A stretch of 55,037 bases of DNA, taken from the NCBI GenBank assembly GCA_016207285.1, contig JACQPW010000033.1, positions 1 to 55,037 on the forward strand, read 5' to 3'. This DNA comes from Candidatus Kerfeldbacteria bacterium. GTDB lineage: Bacteria > Patescibacteriota > Patescibacteriia > UBA9570. The number at the start of each line of letters is the position of its first letter. Positions within the stretch are counted from its first letter, which is position 1. Shown here in pieces: positions 41,598 to 51,612 of this stretch. Below the pieces are notes generated by a model, which was not told the origin of the DNA, did no database searches, and was given only the letters and a program-made list of their open reading frames with translations. The position numbers were made by a program, and so were the translations under genes.

Positions 41598-42203
41598 ATG
41601 CAAATCAAAGAACACATTATCATTCTCCGCCGTTCCCTGGCCTTTATCCTGGTCTTTGGATTAGTGGTGGGGGCAATTACCTATGTCTTAGCCAGTCGCC
41701 GGGCACCCAGCTATCAGGCTATCCAGACCTATAATCTGCAATTAGTGAACCGTTCCACTACGGTCGACTACCAATATGGTTCGTACTATGACTTAAAAGG
41801 GGCGGAATTATTCACCCAGCACGTCATGAGTATGCTGCGCAGCCCAGCGGTGATTGAAGCGATTTATCAGCAAGCCGAGATTGCTTACACCATCGATAAT
41901 ATCAGCCGCTTTACTAGTCAATTTCGAACCGATCAAGGTTCTTCACAACAAGTGACGGTCACCTTTAGTCGTTATAATCCGGATGAAGCCAAAGCGTTGG
42001 CTGAAGCGATGACAGTAGTGTTGAGTCGTGAAGTCAATTTGGCGCAAACGGATACCGATGGACGTAGTCTGTTTTACCTCAGTGCGTTACCTCCTGTGGT
42101 AGTCTATCAGCCCGTCAATGTCACCTTAATGACGACTGCGGCAGTGTTCGCTGGCTGGTTGCTAGCGTTGATGTTGGTTCATATTCGGCGCTATCTGCAA
42201 TAA
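41598..42203 (+). CDS. Wzz-like (polysaccharide co-polymerase topology) membrane protein
   Basis: 201 aa with one TM near each end flanking a soluble domain, located within the glycan locus. The assignment rests on topology and context only. Confidence 0.45.
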   Translation: MQIKEHIIILRRSLAFILVFGLVVGAITYVLASRRAPSYQAIQTYNLQLVNRSTTVDYQYGSYYDLKGAELFTQHVMSMLRSPAVIEAIYQQAEIAYTIDNISRFTSQFRTDQGSSQQVTVTFSRYNPDEAKALAEAMTVVLSREVNLAQTDTDGRSLFYLSALPPVVVYQPVNVTLMTTAAVFAGWLLALMLVHIRRYLQ

Positions 42204-42205
42204 CG

Positions 42206-43231
42206 ATGCGCATTGGCATCGACGCTCGTCCATTATTGGAGCCGTATCCATCCGGCGTGAGTGTCTATACCGCTGAACTATTACTGGCCTTGTTGGCTCT
42301 ACCCGAGCGTCAGGATACCCTGTGTTTGTTTACTGCTGGCTGGACCGTTCCCACGGATCGTCTTAAACCGTTTTTAAACTATCCGCATGTTGAGTGGCAG
42401 CATTTGAATATCCCGAACAAACTATTCGCTTTACACTTGGCACCAAAGTTGGATCGAGTGCTTGGTAAAGTGGATGTGTTATTTACTCCCAATTGGAATT
42501 TCACTCCAGTGTCGCGCGCTTGCCCGGTGGTATTGACGGTGCATGATTGCGCCATTGCGTTATATCCTCAGTTATTATCGCGCAAACAGAAATTGTGGCA
42601 TACACTTATTCGTCCCAAGGCTCAGTTGCGGCGAGCCCGGAGTTTAATTGCCGTATCTGACACCACTCGGACGGATGTGATAGCGCACTATCAGTTTCCA
42701 GCTGATCGGATTACGACTATTCATTCCGCAGCTCCCACGCCAGTTGAGCCGATCACTGTGCCCGGTTTGCCGGACAAATATGTAGTGGTCATCGGAACCG
42801 GAGAGCGACGCAAAAACTTAGCGGCTATCCAAGCGGCTCACATTCATTTACCGATTATACGTGTAGGCGACCACACCGGACCATATGGTTATTTATCAGC
42901 CGGGGAAAAATGGTATGTCCTGCAACATGCTCAGGCTCTGGTTTATATTAGTTTATATGAAGGGTTTGGTTTTCCGCCGTTAGAAGCCTTTCAAGCGGGC
43001 GTGCCAGTGGTGGCTAGTTGTGCTGGCGCCATTCCAGAAATTTGTGGCTCGGCCGCTTTATATGTGAATCCGTATTCTAGTAGCGATGTGACCAACGCGG
43101 TGAATACGGTGATTGCAGATCAAACCGTACGGGCACAACTGATTGCGGCTGGAACAGCGCAACTAAAATTGTTTAACTGGCAAACTGCCGCGCGCGCCAC
43201 GTTGCAGGTTCTGCACCAGGCAGTATACTAA
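42206..43231 (+). CDS. glycosyltransferase, GT4 family
   Basis: 341 aa. MRIGIDARPL start and YEGFGFPPLEAFQAGVPVV motif. Confidence 0.85.
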   Translation: MRIGIDARPLLEPYPSGVSVYTAELLLALLALPERQDTLCLFTAGWTVPTDRLKPFLNYPHVEWQHLNIPNKLFALHLAPKLDRVLGKVDVLFTPNWNFTPVSRACPVVLTVHDCAIALYPQLLSRKQKLWHTLIRPKAQLRRARSLIAVSDTTRTDVIAHYQFPADRITTIHSAAPTPVEPITVPGLPDKYVVVIGTGERRKNLAAIQAAHIHLPIIRVGDHTGPYGYLSAGEKWYVLQHAQALVYISLYEGFGFPPLEAFQAGVPVVASCAGAIPEICGSAALYVNPYSSSDVTNAVNTVIADQTVRAQLIAAGTAQLKLFNWQTAARATLQVLHQAVY

Positions 43232-43235
43232 CCCC

Positions 43236-44384
43236 ATGCGCATCGGGATTGACGCCAGATTTTTCGGCGGGGAACAATCAAAGGGCTTGGGTCGTTACAC
43301 GCAAAAGTTGTTGCGCTATTTATTTGAATTAGATCACACTAATCAATATGTGGTGTTTGTGCCGGAAGAGATGGTGCAGCGCTGGCCATATCCGCATCCG
43401 AACGTGACAGTAGTAGCGGCACCGTACGCCTGGTATTCATTGGCGGAACAATTATTCATGCCGTTGTTGCTGCGACGGTACAAGTTGGATCTAGTGCACT
43501 TCCCGCACTTTAATGTGCCGCTCTTGTATCGTGGTCCATTTGTGGTCACCATCCATGATTTGATTATTAGTCGCTTTCCGACCGAACGAGCTACGACGCT
43601 AGGGCCGATGATGTATCAGTTTAAGCAGTTTGCGTATAACCGCGTCATCCGACATGCGGCGTTTGGCGCCCAACATATTATTACGGTGTCTGAATATTCC
43701 AAACATGATCTGATGGATTTTTTCTCCTTACCAGCCGAGCGCATTAGCGTGATGTATGAAGCGGTCGATGAATTCGGTCCCTGGCCGAACGACGATCAAG
43801 TAACAACTACTCTTGAACGCTATCATATCAAGTCACCTTATCTGTTATATGTGGGTAATGCCTACCCACATAAAAATTTAACCAGTTTAGTGTTGACGAT
43901 GCAGCAACTAAAGAAACAAGGGAATCCCACCCGGTGTGTGCTGGTGGGAAAGGCGGATTATTTTTATGACCGACTACAACAATATGCTTGGTCAAAAGAT
44001 GTCGAGGATGTTATGCAATTTATTGGTTTTGTTCCAGACAAAGATTTACCCAGTTTATACCGTGGTGCCTTTGCGTATCTCTTCCCATCACGTTACGAAG
44101 GCTTTGGTCTACCCCCGTTAGAAGCAATGCTCTATGGCACGCCGGTGATTTCGGCGCGCACCTCTTGTTTACCTGAGGTACTGGACGACGCGGTGCTTTA
44201 TTTTGAACAAGATGACATTTCTGGTATAATAAGCCAGATTCAGCGTTTACAGACAGACGCTGCTTTGCGCCTTGATCTCATTGAACGGGGACGCAAGCAA
44301 GTAGCTCGGTATAGTTGGAAGCGCATGGCCAAACAAACGCTGCAAGCCTATGAAAAAATATTCGCCAAACTTAAAACCAAATAA
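43236..44384 (+). CDS. glycosyltransferase, GT4 family
   Basis: 382 aa. MRIGIDARFF start and YEGFGLPPLEAMLYGTPVI motif; a paralogue of the preceding gene. Confidence 0.85.
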   Translation: MRIGIDARFFGGEQSKGLGRYTQKLLRYLFELDHTNQYVVFVPEEMVQRWPYPHPNVTVVAAPYAWYSLAEQLFMPLLLRRYKLDLVHFPHFNVPLLYRGPFVVTIHDLIISRFPTERATTLGPMMYQFKQFAYNRVIRHAAFGAQHIITVSEYSKHDLMDFFSLPAERISVMYEAVDEFGPWPNDDQVTTTLERYHIKSPYLLYVGNAYPHKNLTSLVLTMQQLKKQGNPTRCVLVGKADYFYDRLQQYAWSKDVEDVMQFIGFVPDKDLPSLYRGAFAYLFPSRYEGFGLPPLEAMLYGTPVISARTSCLPEVLDDAVLYFEQDDISGIISQIQRLQTDAALRLDLIERGRKQVARYSWKRMAKQTLQAYEKIFAKLKTK

Positions 44385-46626
44385 ACTGCATAATCACTCG
44401 GATGCCGCTGAACGCCTTGGTGTTCCCAGTACGAATATCTTAGATTTGCGCCAAACGCAGACTATTCCAGAGATCACCGTCGAAATTCAGGCAGAGCCAG
44501 TTGTCGAGCCGGCTGTTCAGACTGTTCCGGTTATTACTACCATAGTAGAGGTTGCGGACGTACCAGCCGAGGTGGTGGCGGTAGAAGAAATGATCACCGT
44601 TCAAGCGATTCCTGAGGTGGCAAAACTAGAACCTATTAAACCGGTCAAAACTAAAGAAACTAACAGAACTCAATTCTCAACTAGGTCGTTTCACTTTGCC
44701 TGGCGTCCAATGTTAGCCTTTGCCGTGATTGCCGCGTTGACGATTGTGCCAGCCACGACGATTGCCTTGTGGCAAAAGGCGGCGACTGCTGCTGAGACGA
44801 TTGCGACTTTAACGGGTGAAGCGGCGGATGACTTTCAACGTGGAGCCGAAGCGACATCGGATTTGCAGTTCGATTCCGCGGCAACTTCATTTGCGGATGC
44901 GAAAACCAGTTTTGAAACTGCCCAGGATCAGTTAGCATCCGTCAACACTGCGTTAGTACCCGTGTTGCGCACGTTGCCCGCGACCCATAATCCCTATGTG
45001 TCGGCAGAAAATTTGTTGGTGGTTGGTGAACAGTTAGCTGGCGCTGGTGAAGATATGGCGTTTGCCTTTACGTTAGTTCAGCAATTAGGCCTACATGCAG
45101 ATACAATGCAGCCATCAGATATGTTTGTAGCGGCGCATTCGGCGTTTCGTCCGGTCTTGCCGCGTTTACAGCGCGCTAGTGTAGCTTTGCAAGCGGTCGA
45201 TGTGAGTACCGTGCCAGCCGAATATCGTGATGCTGTGCGTCAAGTACAAACCACAGTTCCAGTGGTCACGAGTAGTGTGGAGCAGTTGTTATCGTTGAGT
45301 GAATCACTCGTTACATTGTTGGGGCATGATGAAACTAAACGGTATTTAGTCTTGTTTCAAAATAATCGTGAGTTGCGTGCGACCGGCGGGTTCATCGGCA
45401 GCTTTGCTTTGGTGGACATTAGCCATGGTCGGGTGAGTAGTATCGAAATTCCCGGCGGTGGCCCCTATGATTTGATGGGCAATTTAACCGAACAAGTGGT
45501 GGCCCCTCAGCCGCTCCATTTGGTGAATTCGAAGTGGCAACTGCAAGATGCCAACTGGTGGCCAGATTGGCCGACCTCGGCTAAAAAAGTGCAGTGGTTT
45601 TATCAGCACAGTGGTGGCGCTAGTGTCGACGGTGTCATTACCCTGACCCCAGACATCATCGAGCAGATGTTGGATTTGACTGGCCCGATCGAGATGCCGG
45701 AATACAACACGGTGGTAGACAGCAGCAACTTCTACGATATTACGCAAGCTCAGGCCGAACGCAAATATGATGATACGCGTGAATCTAAAAAATTCATTGC
45801 CGACATGACACCGCGGTTGTTGGATAAATTATTCTCGGTTGATGCCAAAACGTTATTGCCGGTGATGCAGGTGGTGTATGATGGTTTGGAACAGAAAGAT
45901 ATCTTACTGTACTTTAACGATCCTTATATTCAACATGAATTTAGTGAGCGTGGCTGGACGGGTGAATTAAAAGCGACCGCGGGCGATTACTTGGAAGTGG
46001 TGGACACCAATATTGGCGGCGGCAAAACGGACGCTGCTATTCAACAAACCATTCACCATCAGGCGGATATTTCGGCCGACGGGAGTGTGGTGGATACCGT
46101 GACGATTACACGCTTGCATACCGGCACATCAGCCGATCAATTTGCCAATGTCAACAATATTGATTATCTGCGCCTGTATGTTCCGGCTGGCAGCGAACTC
46201 ATCACCGCCGAGGGCTTTACTCAACCAGAGGCTAGTTTGTTTTTGCCGGTCGAGGCCGGTTACACGCAAGATGCTGATTTAGCCACTGTCACCGGTGAAG
46301 TGGTAGTCGACGGTGTTACCCAAACGCGTGTGAGTCAAGAGTTTGGTAAGACCGTTTTTGGTAATTGGATCCAGACCAAACCAGGGGAGAGCAGTACGGT
46401 AACGGTGCGCTATCGTTTGCCGTTTAAAGTTGATCGTACCAGTTGGACACCTGGCCGTTACAGTTTATTTATCCAGAAACAGCCGGGAGCCTTTGATCCC
46501 ATTTTATTGACGGACGTATCTTACCCAGCAGCCTGGAATGTGGTATGGAGCTATCCGACGGAGGGAGCTTTAACGCTACGCCAGACCTTACAACACGATA
46601 CCTTTACGGGTGCCGTGTTTGAATAG
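44350..46626 (+). CDS. DUF4012-domain membrane protein
   Basis: 758 aa. A Val/Pro/Glu-rich N-terminus, one TM, then YLVLFQNNRELRATGGFIGSFALVD, characteristic of DUF4012 as recalled. The start is uncertain because of a 35-nt overlap with the upstream gene. Confidence 0.7.
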   Translation: MKKYSPNLKPNKLHNHSDAAERLGVPSTNILDLRQTQTIPEITVEIQAEPVVEPAVQTVPVITTIVEVADVPAEVVAVEEMITVQAIPEVAKLEPIKPVKTKETNRTQFSTRSFHFAWRPMLAFAVIAALTIVPATTIALWQKAATAAETIATLTGEAADDFQRGAEATSDLQFDSAATSFADAKTSFETAQDQLASVNTALVPVLRTLPATHNPYVSAENLLVVGEQLAGAGEDMAFAFTLVQQLGLHADTMQPSDMFVAAHSAFRPVLPRLQRASVALQAVDVSTVPAEYRDAVRQVQTTVPVVTSSVEQLLSLSESLVTLLGHDETKRYLVLFQNNRELRATGGFIGSFALVDISHGRVSSIEIPGGGPYDLMGNLTEQVVAPQPLHLVNSKWQLQDANWWPDWPTSAKKVQWFYQHSGGASVDGVITLTPDIIEQMLDLTGPIEMPEYNTVVDSSNFYDITQAQAERKYDDTRESKKFIADMTPRLLDKLFSVDAKTLLPVMQVVYDGLEQKDILLYFNDPYIQHEFSERGWTGELKATAGDYLEVVDTNIGGGKTDAAIQQTIHHQADISADGSVVDTVTITRLHTGTSADQFANVNNIDYLRLYVPAGSELITAEGFTQPEASLFLPVEAGYTQDADLATVTGEVVVDGVTQTRVSQEFGKTVFGNWIQTKPGESSTVTVRYRLPFKVDRTSWTPGRYSLFIQKQPGAFDPILLTDVSYPAAWNVVWSYPTEGALTLRQTLQHDTFTGAVFE

Positions 46627-46627
46627 C

Positions 46628-48211
46628 ATGTGGAATCGGTTAAAAACATTATCAGCTTCGGTAGCTGGTGGAGCAGCCATCCTGGCCGTGGCATCGCTCG
46701 CTTCGCGCTTAATTGGCTTGGTGCGCGATAATTTATTTGCGCAGTATTTTGGTGCCTCGGATATTTTAGACATGTACAATGCCGCCTTTAAAGTCCCTGA
46801 CTTTATTTTTAATATCATTGTGCTGGGAGCATTGTCAGCCAGTTTTGTCCCAGTTTTTATTGAGCGTCAGACCCAGGCGGGCAAAGCGGCGGCTGATCAG
46901 TTAGCCAGTACCATTCTGACCTTGATGGCCGTGGTATTGTTGGTGCTGACCGTGGGCGCCATTCTGATCGCAGATCCGCTAGCGCACTGGTTAATGGCTA
47001 GTCGCTCGGTGGCACAGCAAGTGGGTACAGCCCAACTGATGCGTATTATGTTGGTGAGCGTGATTTTTTTTGGTTTAAGTAATGTCTTTGCTGGGATGTT
47101 GCAAGCACGGCGGCGGTTTTTGTCCTTTGCAGCGGCCCCGATCTTATATAACTTGGGGATTATTATTGGCATCATCTGGTTCTATCCCCGTTTTCAATTA
47201 GTGGGGTTAGCCTATGGTGTTTTGTTGGGTGCGTTTATGCACTTTGTGGTGCAGGCGGTTGCCGTCTATCAGCAAGGGTTTCGTTATCAACCATTATTTT
47301 CTCTACATGCTCCGGGTGTACAAAAAATATTACGCTTAATGCCACCCCGAGCCTTGACCTTAGGAGCAGCTCAACTAAACATTGCCGTGATTGCAATTTT
47401 GGCTTTGCGTTTACCCGAAGGTAGTTTGGTGATTTGGACTTGGGCGGATAACTTACAAAATGTACCAATTAATATGTTTGGGGTGTCGCTAGCCCTATCG
47501 GCTTTTCCGGTGTTTGCGCAAGCGTTTGCCGATCAGGATTTACCCAAGTTTCGCCAAGTCTTCTCTGAAAACTTCCGCCGGCTACTCTTCTTAATCATTC
47601 CCATTAGCGTCGCCATTTTATTATTACGCGCCCAACTGGTGCGGGTGATCTTAGGCTCGTTTGATAGTGGCGCATTTGATTGGGATGCGACCGTGATGAC
47701 TGCCCAGGTATTAGGCATTTTTGCCATCTCCTTATTTGCTCAGGCCTCCTTGCCATTATTGGCCCGCTCCTTTTTTGCTCATCATGATACGAGAACCACT
47801 TTATATATTAGTCTGGGTAGTATGGCGCTCAACTTTGTGTTGGCCTATGGGTTGATGGACTATGTACAGCTGTACGGATTGGCATTGGCCTTTGCCATCA
47901 GTAGTCTGGTCAACATGTTGTTATTGGTATTTTTCTTGCGCATTAAGTTTGGTGATCTGGATGATGCCACCATCGTGCGGTCGATTTGGCGTATTATGAT
48001 CGCTAGTGTAGCGATGGGTTTGACGATTCATGGGATGAAATATTTCGTGGCGCCGTTGGTAGACATGCGCACTTTTGTGGGTATATTCATTCAGACCATC
48101 ACTAGCCTTGGTGCGGGTGGTACTGTTTATTTGGGTATTGCGTATTACTTTCATTTTCCTGAACTACAAATTGTCAAACAACAACTTGCTAAGATTCGTA
48201 AATTTTTATGA
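46628..48211 (+). CDS. murJ: lipid II flippase MurJ (MOP superfamily)
   Basis: About 527 aa from ATG 46628, just after the DUF4012 stop. SRLIGLVRDNLFAQYFGASDILDMYNAAFKVPDFIFNIIVLGALSASFVPVF is the typical MurJ N-terminus, with ~14 TM. Confidence 0.85.
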   Translation: MWNRLKTLSASVAGGAAILAVASLASRLIGLVRDNLFAQYFGASDILDMYNAAFKVPDFIFNIIVLGALSASFVPVFIERQTQAGKAAADQLASTILTLMAVVLLVLTVGAILIADPLAHWLMASRSVAQQVGTAQLMRIMLVSVIFFGLSNVFAGMLQARRRFLSFAAAPILYNLGIIIGIIWFYPRFQLVGLAYGVLLGAFMHFVVQAVAVYQQGFRYQPLFSLHAPGVQKILRLMPPRALTLGAAQLNIAVIAILALRLPEGSLVIWTWADNLQNVPINMFGVSLALSAFPVFAQAFADQDLPKFRQVFSENFRRLLFLIIPISVAILLLRAQLVRVILGSFDSGAFDWDATVMTAQVLGIFAISLFAQASLPLLARSFFAHHDTRTTLYISLGSMALNFVLAYGLMDYVQLYGLALAFAISSLVNMLLLVFFLRIKFGDLDDATIVRSIWRIMIASVAMGLTIHGMKYFVAPLVDMRTFVGIFIQTITSLGAGGTVYLGIAYYFHFPELQIVKQQLAKIRKFL

Positions 48212-49818
48212 AGCTGAATATAAAAATAAGCTGGCCAATCTGGCTATTGACGGTTAGTTATTGGGGACTGACGCTACCGTTTATGTCGCGCCTGCCGTAT
48301 AACTGGGATGCCGCTCAGTTTGTGTTGGCGCTACGGCACTATGACATCAGTATGCACCAACCGCATCCACCGGGGTACCCGTTATTTGTAGTGCTGGGTA
48401 AACTGTTGTCACTCGTGTTTACAGAAAACACCGCTTTAGTAGTAGTGGCTGCCTTGCTGGGATTTGTTTCCGTGTTGGTGTTGTACTTATTTTGTTATCG
48501 GCTATGGTCGAATAAGTTAGGGAGCAGCCTGATTGCTATTGGTTATCTGCTCAACCCGCTGTTTTGGTTGTATCGTGAAACCGCTCTCAGTTATACCGCT
48601 GATGCTGCTGCCAGTATTATCATGGGCTACGTAGTCTGGCAGACGATGACGAATCGATTCCGCCACTATGTCTTGATCAGCAGTGTAGTCTTAGCGGTGG
48701 CCGGAGCCATTCGACCATCGTTGGTATTGCTCCTATTACCGTTATTCATTTTCCAATTAAGCTTCCATCGTCGTAATTGGAAATTGATCCTGATGGCTTT
48801 AGGCATAGTGGTGGTGGGTACCTTGGCCTGGCTGATGCCAGTGATGTGGCTGACGGGCGGAGTAGGGGAATACTTAACGCATTCACGTAATTTATATAGT
48901 ACAGCCGCCGCCAGCATCAACATTGGTGCACAAACTAAATTACTGTTCAATACATTATTGGTCAGCTTGAATATCATCCTCATTCCAATGGTGGCTGGAG
49001 TTGTGCTACTCGTCATCCGTTATCGACTGTACTGGCGTACGTTTATTCATGTCTATCTATACGCCGTGGTTTGGTTGTTACCAGCTGTGTTGGTTTATTC
49101 GTTCGGCCATTTTGGTCAGCTTGGATACGCCTTGATCCTCGTTCCGCCTTGTTACTTACTGCTGATACCGGTGATGCAATCCAGCTTAGATAAATGGATA
49201 CTACGTTGGTTAGGTGCACTAGGTTTGGCACTGATCAGTTTAATTTTTTTAGTACTGACCCCTGGCTACGCTCATCCGAACTTTTTTCCCCATACGCGAG
49301 CGGAACTGTACTTACAACACTTAGCTCGCATCACGCCTAACCTGTTCAAATTGAATCGGGTTGCTATTAAGCAAAACGATACCAAGTTAACCAGTATTAT
49401 GGCGGCGATGACAGCGTATCCGCCAAGCCAAACGGTGATTGTCACTGGACGTGACCTGCTCTACCCATCACCGGCTAATGGATTACTGATCAGGAATGAT
49501 GAGTTACTGCGCGAACTATCTGCCATGCTACCAGATTATACTGTGGTAGAGGTAGCGCCAGGGCGAGATTATTTTTTACAAGCATATGCGAACCAGATGG
49601 AGACGACGTATCAGCGCACCATCACGTTGCCTAATGAGCTGCACTATGTGGTCTTTATGCTGGATTATTTTCCGTCGGATCAACTACCGGATCAGCTCAT
49701 GACTACGGCGTTGCCGTTATCCGGTACGGATGCTTTTTATCAATTGGGTATTATGGATCAACCCTGGGAATTTGCTGGCTTTACGTTCCAGCGCGAGGCT
49801 GATAAGCTGGTGCCGTGA
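48208..49818 (+). CDS. GT-C-fold membrane glycosyltransferase, DUF2723/TMEM260-like
   Basis: 536 aa, multi-TM. NWDAAQFVLALRHYDISMHQPHPPGYPLFVVLGKL matches the HPPGYP hallmark of DUF2723 as recalled. ATGA overlap with murJ. Confidence 0.7.
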   Translation: MKLNIKISWPIWLLTVSYWGLTLPFMSRLPYNWDAAQFVLALRHYDISMHQPHPPGYPLFVVLGKLLSLVFTENTALVVVAALLGFVSVLVLYLFCYRLWSNKLGSSLIAIGYLLNPLFWLYRETALSYTADAAASIIMGYVVWQTMTNRFRHYVLISSVVLAVAGAIRPSLVLLLLPLFIFQLSFHRRNWKLILMALGIVVVGTLAWLMPVMWLTGGVGEYLTHSRNLYSTAAASINIGAQTKLLFNTLLVSLNIILIPMVAGVVLLVIRYRLYWRTFIHVYLYAVVWLLPAVLVYSFGHFGQLGYALILVPPCYLLLIPVMQSSLDKWILRWLGALGLALISLIFLVLTPGYAHPNFFPHTRAELYLQHLARITPNLFKLNRVAIKQNDTKLTSIMAAMTAYPPSQTVIVTGRDLLYPSPANGLLIRNDELLRELSAMLPDYTVVEVAPGRDYFLQAYANQMETTYQRTITLPNELHYVVFMLDYFPSDQLPDQLMTTALPLSGTDAFYQLGIMDQPWEFAGFTFQREADKLVP

Positions 49819-51599
49819 CCTCTTTAGACCACATTCGCAATTTTTGTATTATTGCCCACATTGACCATGGTAAAAGCACCTTGGCTGATCGGTTATTAGA
49901 ATTGACTGGCACCGTCACCAAACGCGAGATGAAGGAACAACTCCTGGATTCCATGGATTTGGAACGGGAGCGTGGCATTACCATCAAGTTGCAGCCCGTG
50001 CGCATGGAATATAAGGGGCACGTTTTAAATTTGATCGATACGCCTGGTCATGTCGACTTTACCTATGAAGTATCACGCTCGTTGGCCGCCGTGGAAGGGG
50101 CTTTACTAGTCATCGATGCCTCGCAGGGGATCGAAGCGCAAACCCTAGCAAACTTATACCTCGCTGTTGAACAGAATCTAGAAATTATTCCGGTGATTAA
50201 TAAAATTGATTTACCGGCTGCCAATGTACCAAAAGTGATGCAGGAAATTAAAAGTTTACTGGGTTCGCGTGATGAAGAGATTATTGCCGTCTCCGCTAAG
50301 ACCGGAGAAAATGTTGAGGCGATTTTAGATGCGGTCATTGCCCGTATTGCTCCACCTAGTTCGGCGGGTAATGAAACTAAAGCGTTGATTTTTGATTCCA
50401 CCTTTGATGATTACCGCGGAGTGGTGGCGTATGTGCGGCTGATGCAAGGTAGTATTGGTCGCCATAGCAAATTGACCTTCATGCAAAACAAGATTCAAAC
50501 GGAAGCTCTAGAAGTCGGTTACTTTAAACCTAAATATTTAGCTCAGACGGAAATCAACAGTGGAGAGATCGGCTATGTCATTACTGGATTAAAATCGGTT
50601 GAAGATTGTAAAGTTGGTGATACCATTACGTTGACGCAGCAACCGGCTTCGGAAGCGTTGCCGGGTTACCAACAGGCCAAGCCGATGGTGTTTGCCAGTA
50701 TTTTTTGCAAAGAAGGTGACGATTATTCCAAACTGCGTGAGGCTCTCGGTAAATTAAAACTCAATGATGCCTCGTTAACCTATGAACCAGAAAATTCCAA
50801 AGCCCTTGGTTTTGGGTTTCGCTGTGGGTTTTTAGGATTATTGCATTTAGATGTGGTGCAAGAACGTCTCCATCGCGAGCATGACTTAGAATTGATTGTC
50901 ACTGTGCCGGCCGTAGCGTATCGTGTCACGAATACGAAAGGTCAGGTTGAAACGATTTCATCGCCATTGGATTGGCCTGACCCAACCCAGGTGAAATTAT
51001 CAGAGGAACCGGTAATGCAGGTGGATGTGGTCACACCCACCGACTACATTGGTGGTATTATGAAGTTACTCCAAGATCGTCGTGGTCAGCCGACCGGGAG
51101 TGATCTCGAATATCTCAATCCGGAGCGGGTGGTCATTCATTACCAGGTACCTCTCTCTGGGATCATCGTCGACTTTTATGATCGCTTAAAGAGCGTGTCT
51201 TCGGGTTACGCTTCCTTGAACTATGAATTCAAGGGCTTTATTGAGTGTAAAGTGCGGCGTTTAGATATTATGGTAGCAGGGGAGCCAATTGAAGCGTTAT
51301 CTTCCATTGTGTATGAAGATGAAGCCCAGTCAGCTGGCCGTAAGATTGTGGCTGCTTTAAAAAAGGTATTACCACGACAAATGTTTGAAGTTCGACTGCA
51401 AGCCGCGATTGGTGGTAAAATAATAGCATCGGAAAAAATCCCAGCTATGCGCAAGGACGTGACCGCCGGACTGTATGGCGGTGATATCAGCCGCAAACAT
51501 AAACTGTTAGATAAACAGAAGAAGGGTAAGGCTAAAATGAAAAGTATGGGCAAGGTGGATATTCCGAAAGAAGCCTTTTTGGCAGTTTTAAAGCGTTAA
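49815..51599 (+). CDS. lepA: translation elongation factor 4 (LepA)
   Basis: 594 aa, with a GTG start overlapping the upstream TGA. IRNFCIIAHIDHGKSTLADRLLE, LIDTPGHVDF, NKIDLP, and the LepA-specific C-terminal domain (RKHKLLDKQKKGKAKMK). Confidence 0.95.
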   Translation: MTSLDHIRNFCIIAHIDHGKSTLADRLLELTGTVTKREMKEQLLDSMDLERERGITIKLQPVRMEYKGHVLNLIDTPGHVDFTYEVSRSLAAVEGALLVIDASQGIEAQTLANLYLAVEQNLEIIPVINKIDLPAANVPKVMQEIKSLLGSRDEEIIAVSAKTGENVEAILDAVIARIAPPSSAGNETKALIFDSTFDDYRGVVAYVRLMQGSIGRHSKLTFMQNKIQTEALEVGYFKPKYLAQTEINSGEIGYVITGLKSVEDCKVGDTITLTQQPASEALPGYQQAKPMVFASIFCKEGDDYSKLREALGKLKLNDASLTYEPENSKALGFGFRCGFLGLLHLDVVQERLHREHDLELIVTVPAVAYRVTNTKGQVETISSPLDWPDPTQVKLSEEPVMQVDVVTPTDYIGGIMKLLQDRRGQPTGSDLEYLNPERVVIHYQVPLSGIIVDFYDRLKSVSSGYASLNYEFKGFIECKVRRLDIMVAGEPIEALSSIVYEDEAQSAGRKIVAALKKVLPRQMFEVRLQAAIGGKIIASEKIPAMRKDVTAGLYGGDISRKHKLLDKQKKGKAKMKSMGKVDIPKEAFLAVLKR

Positions 51600-51612
51600 T
51601 CATACGATACAC

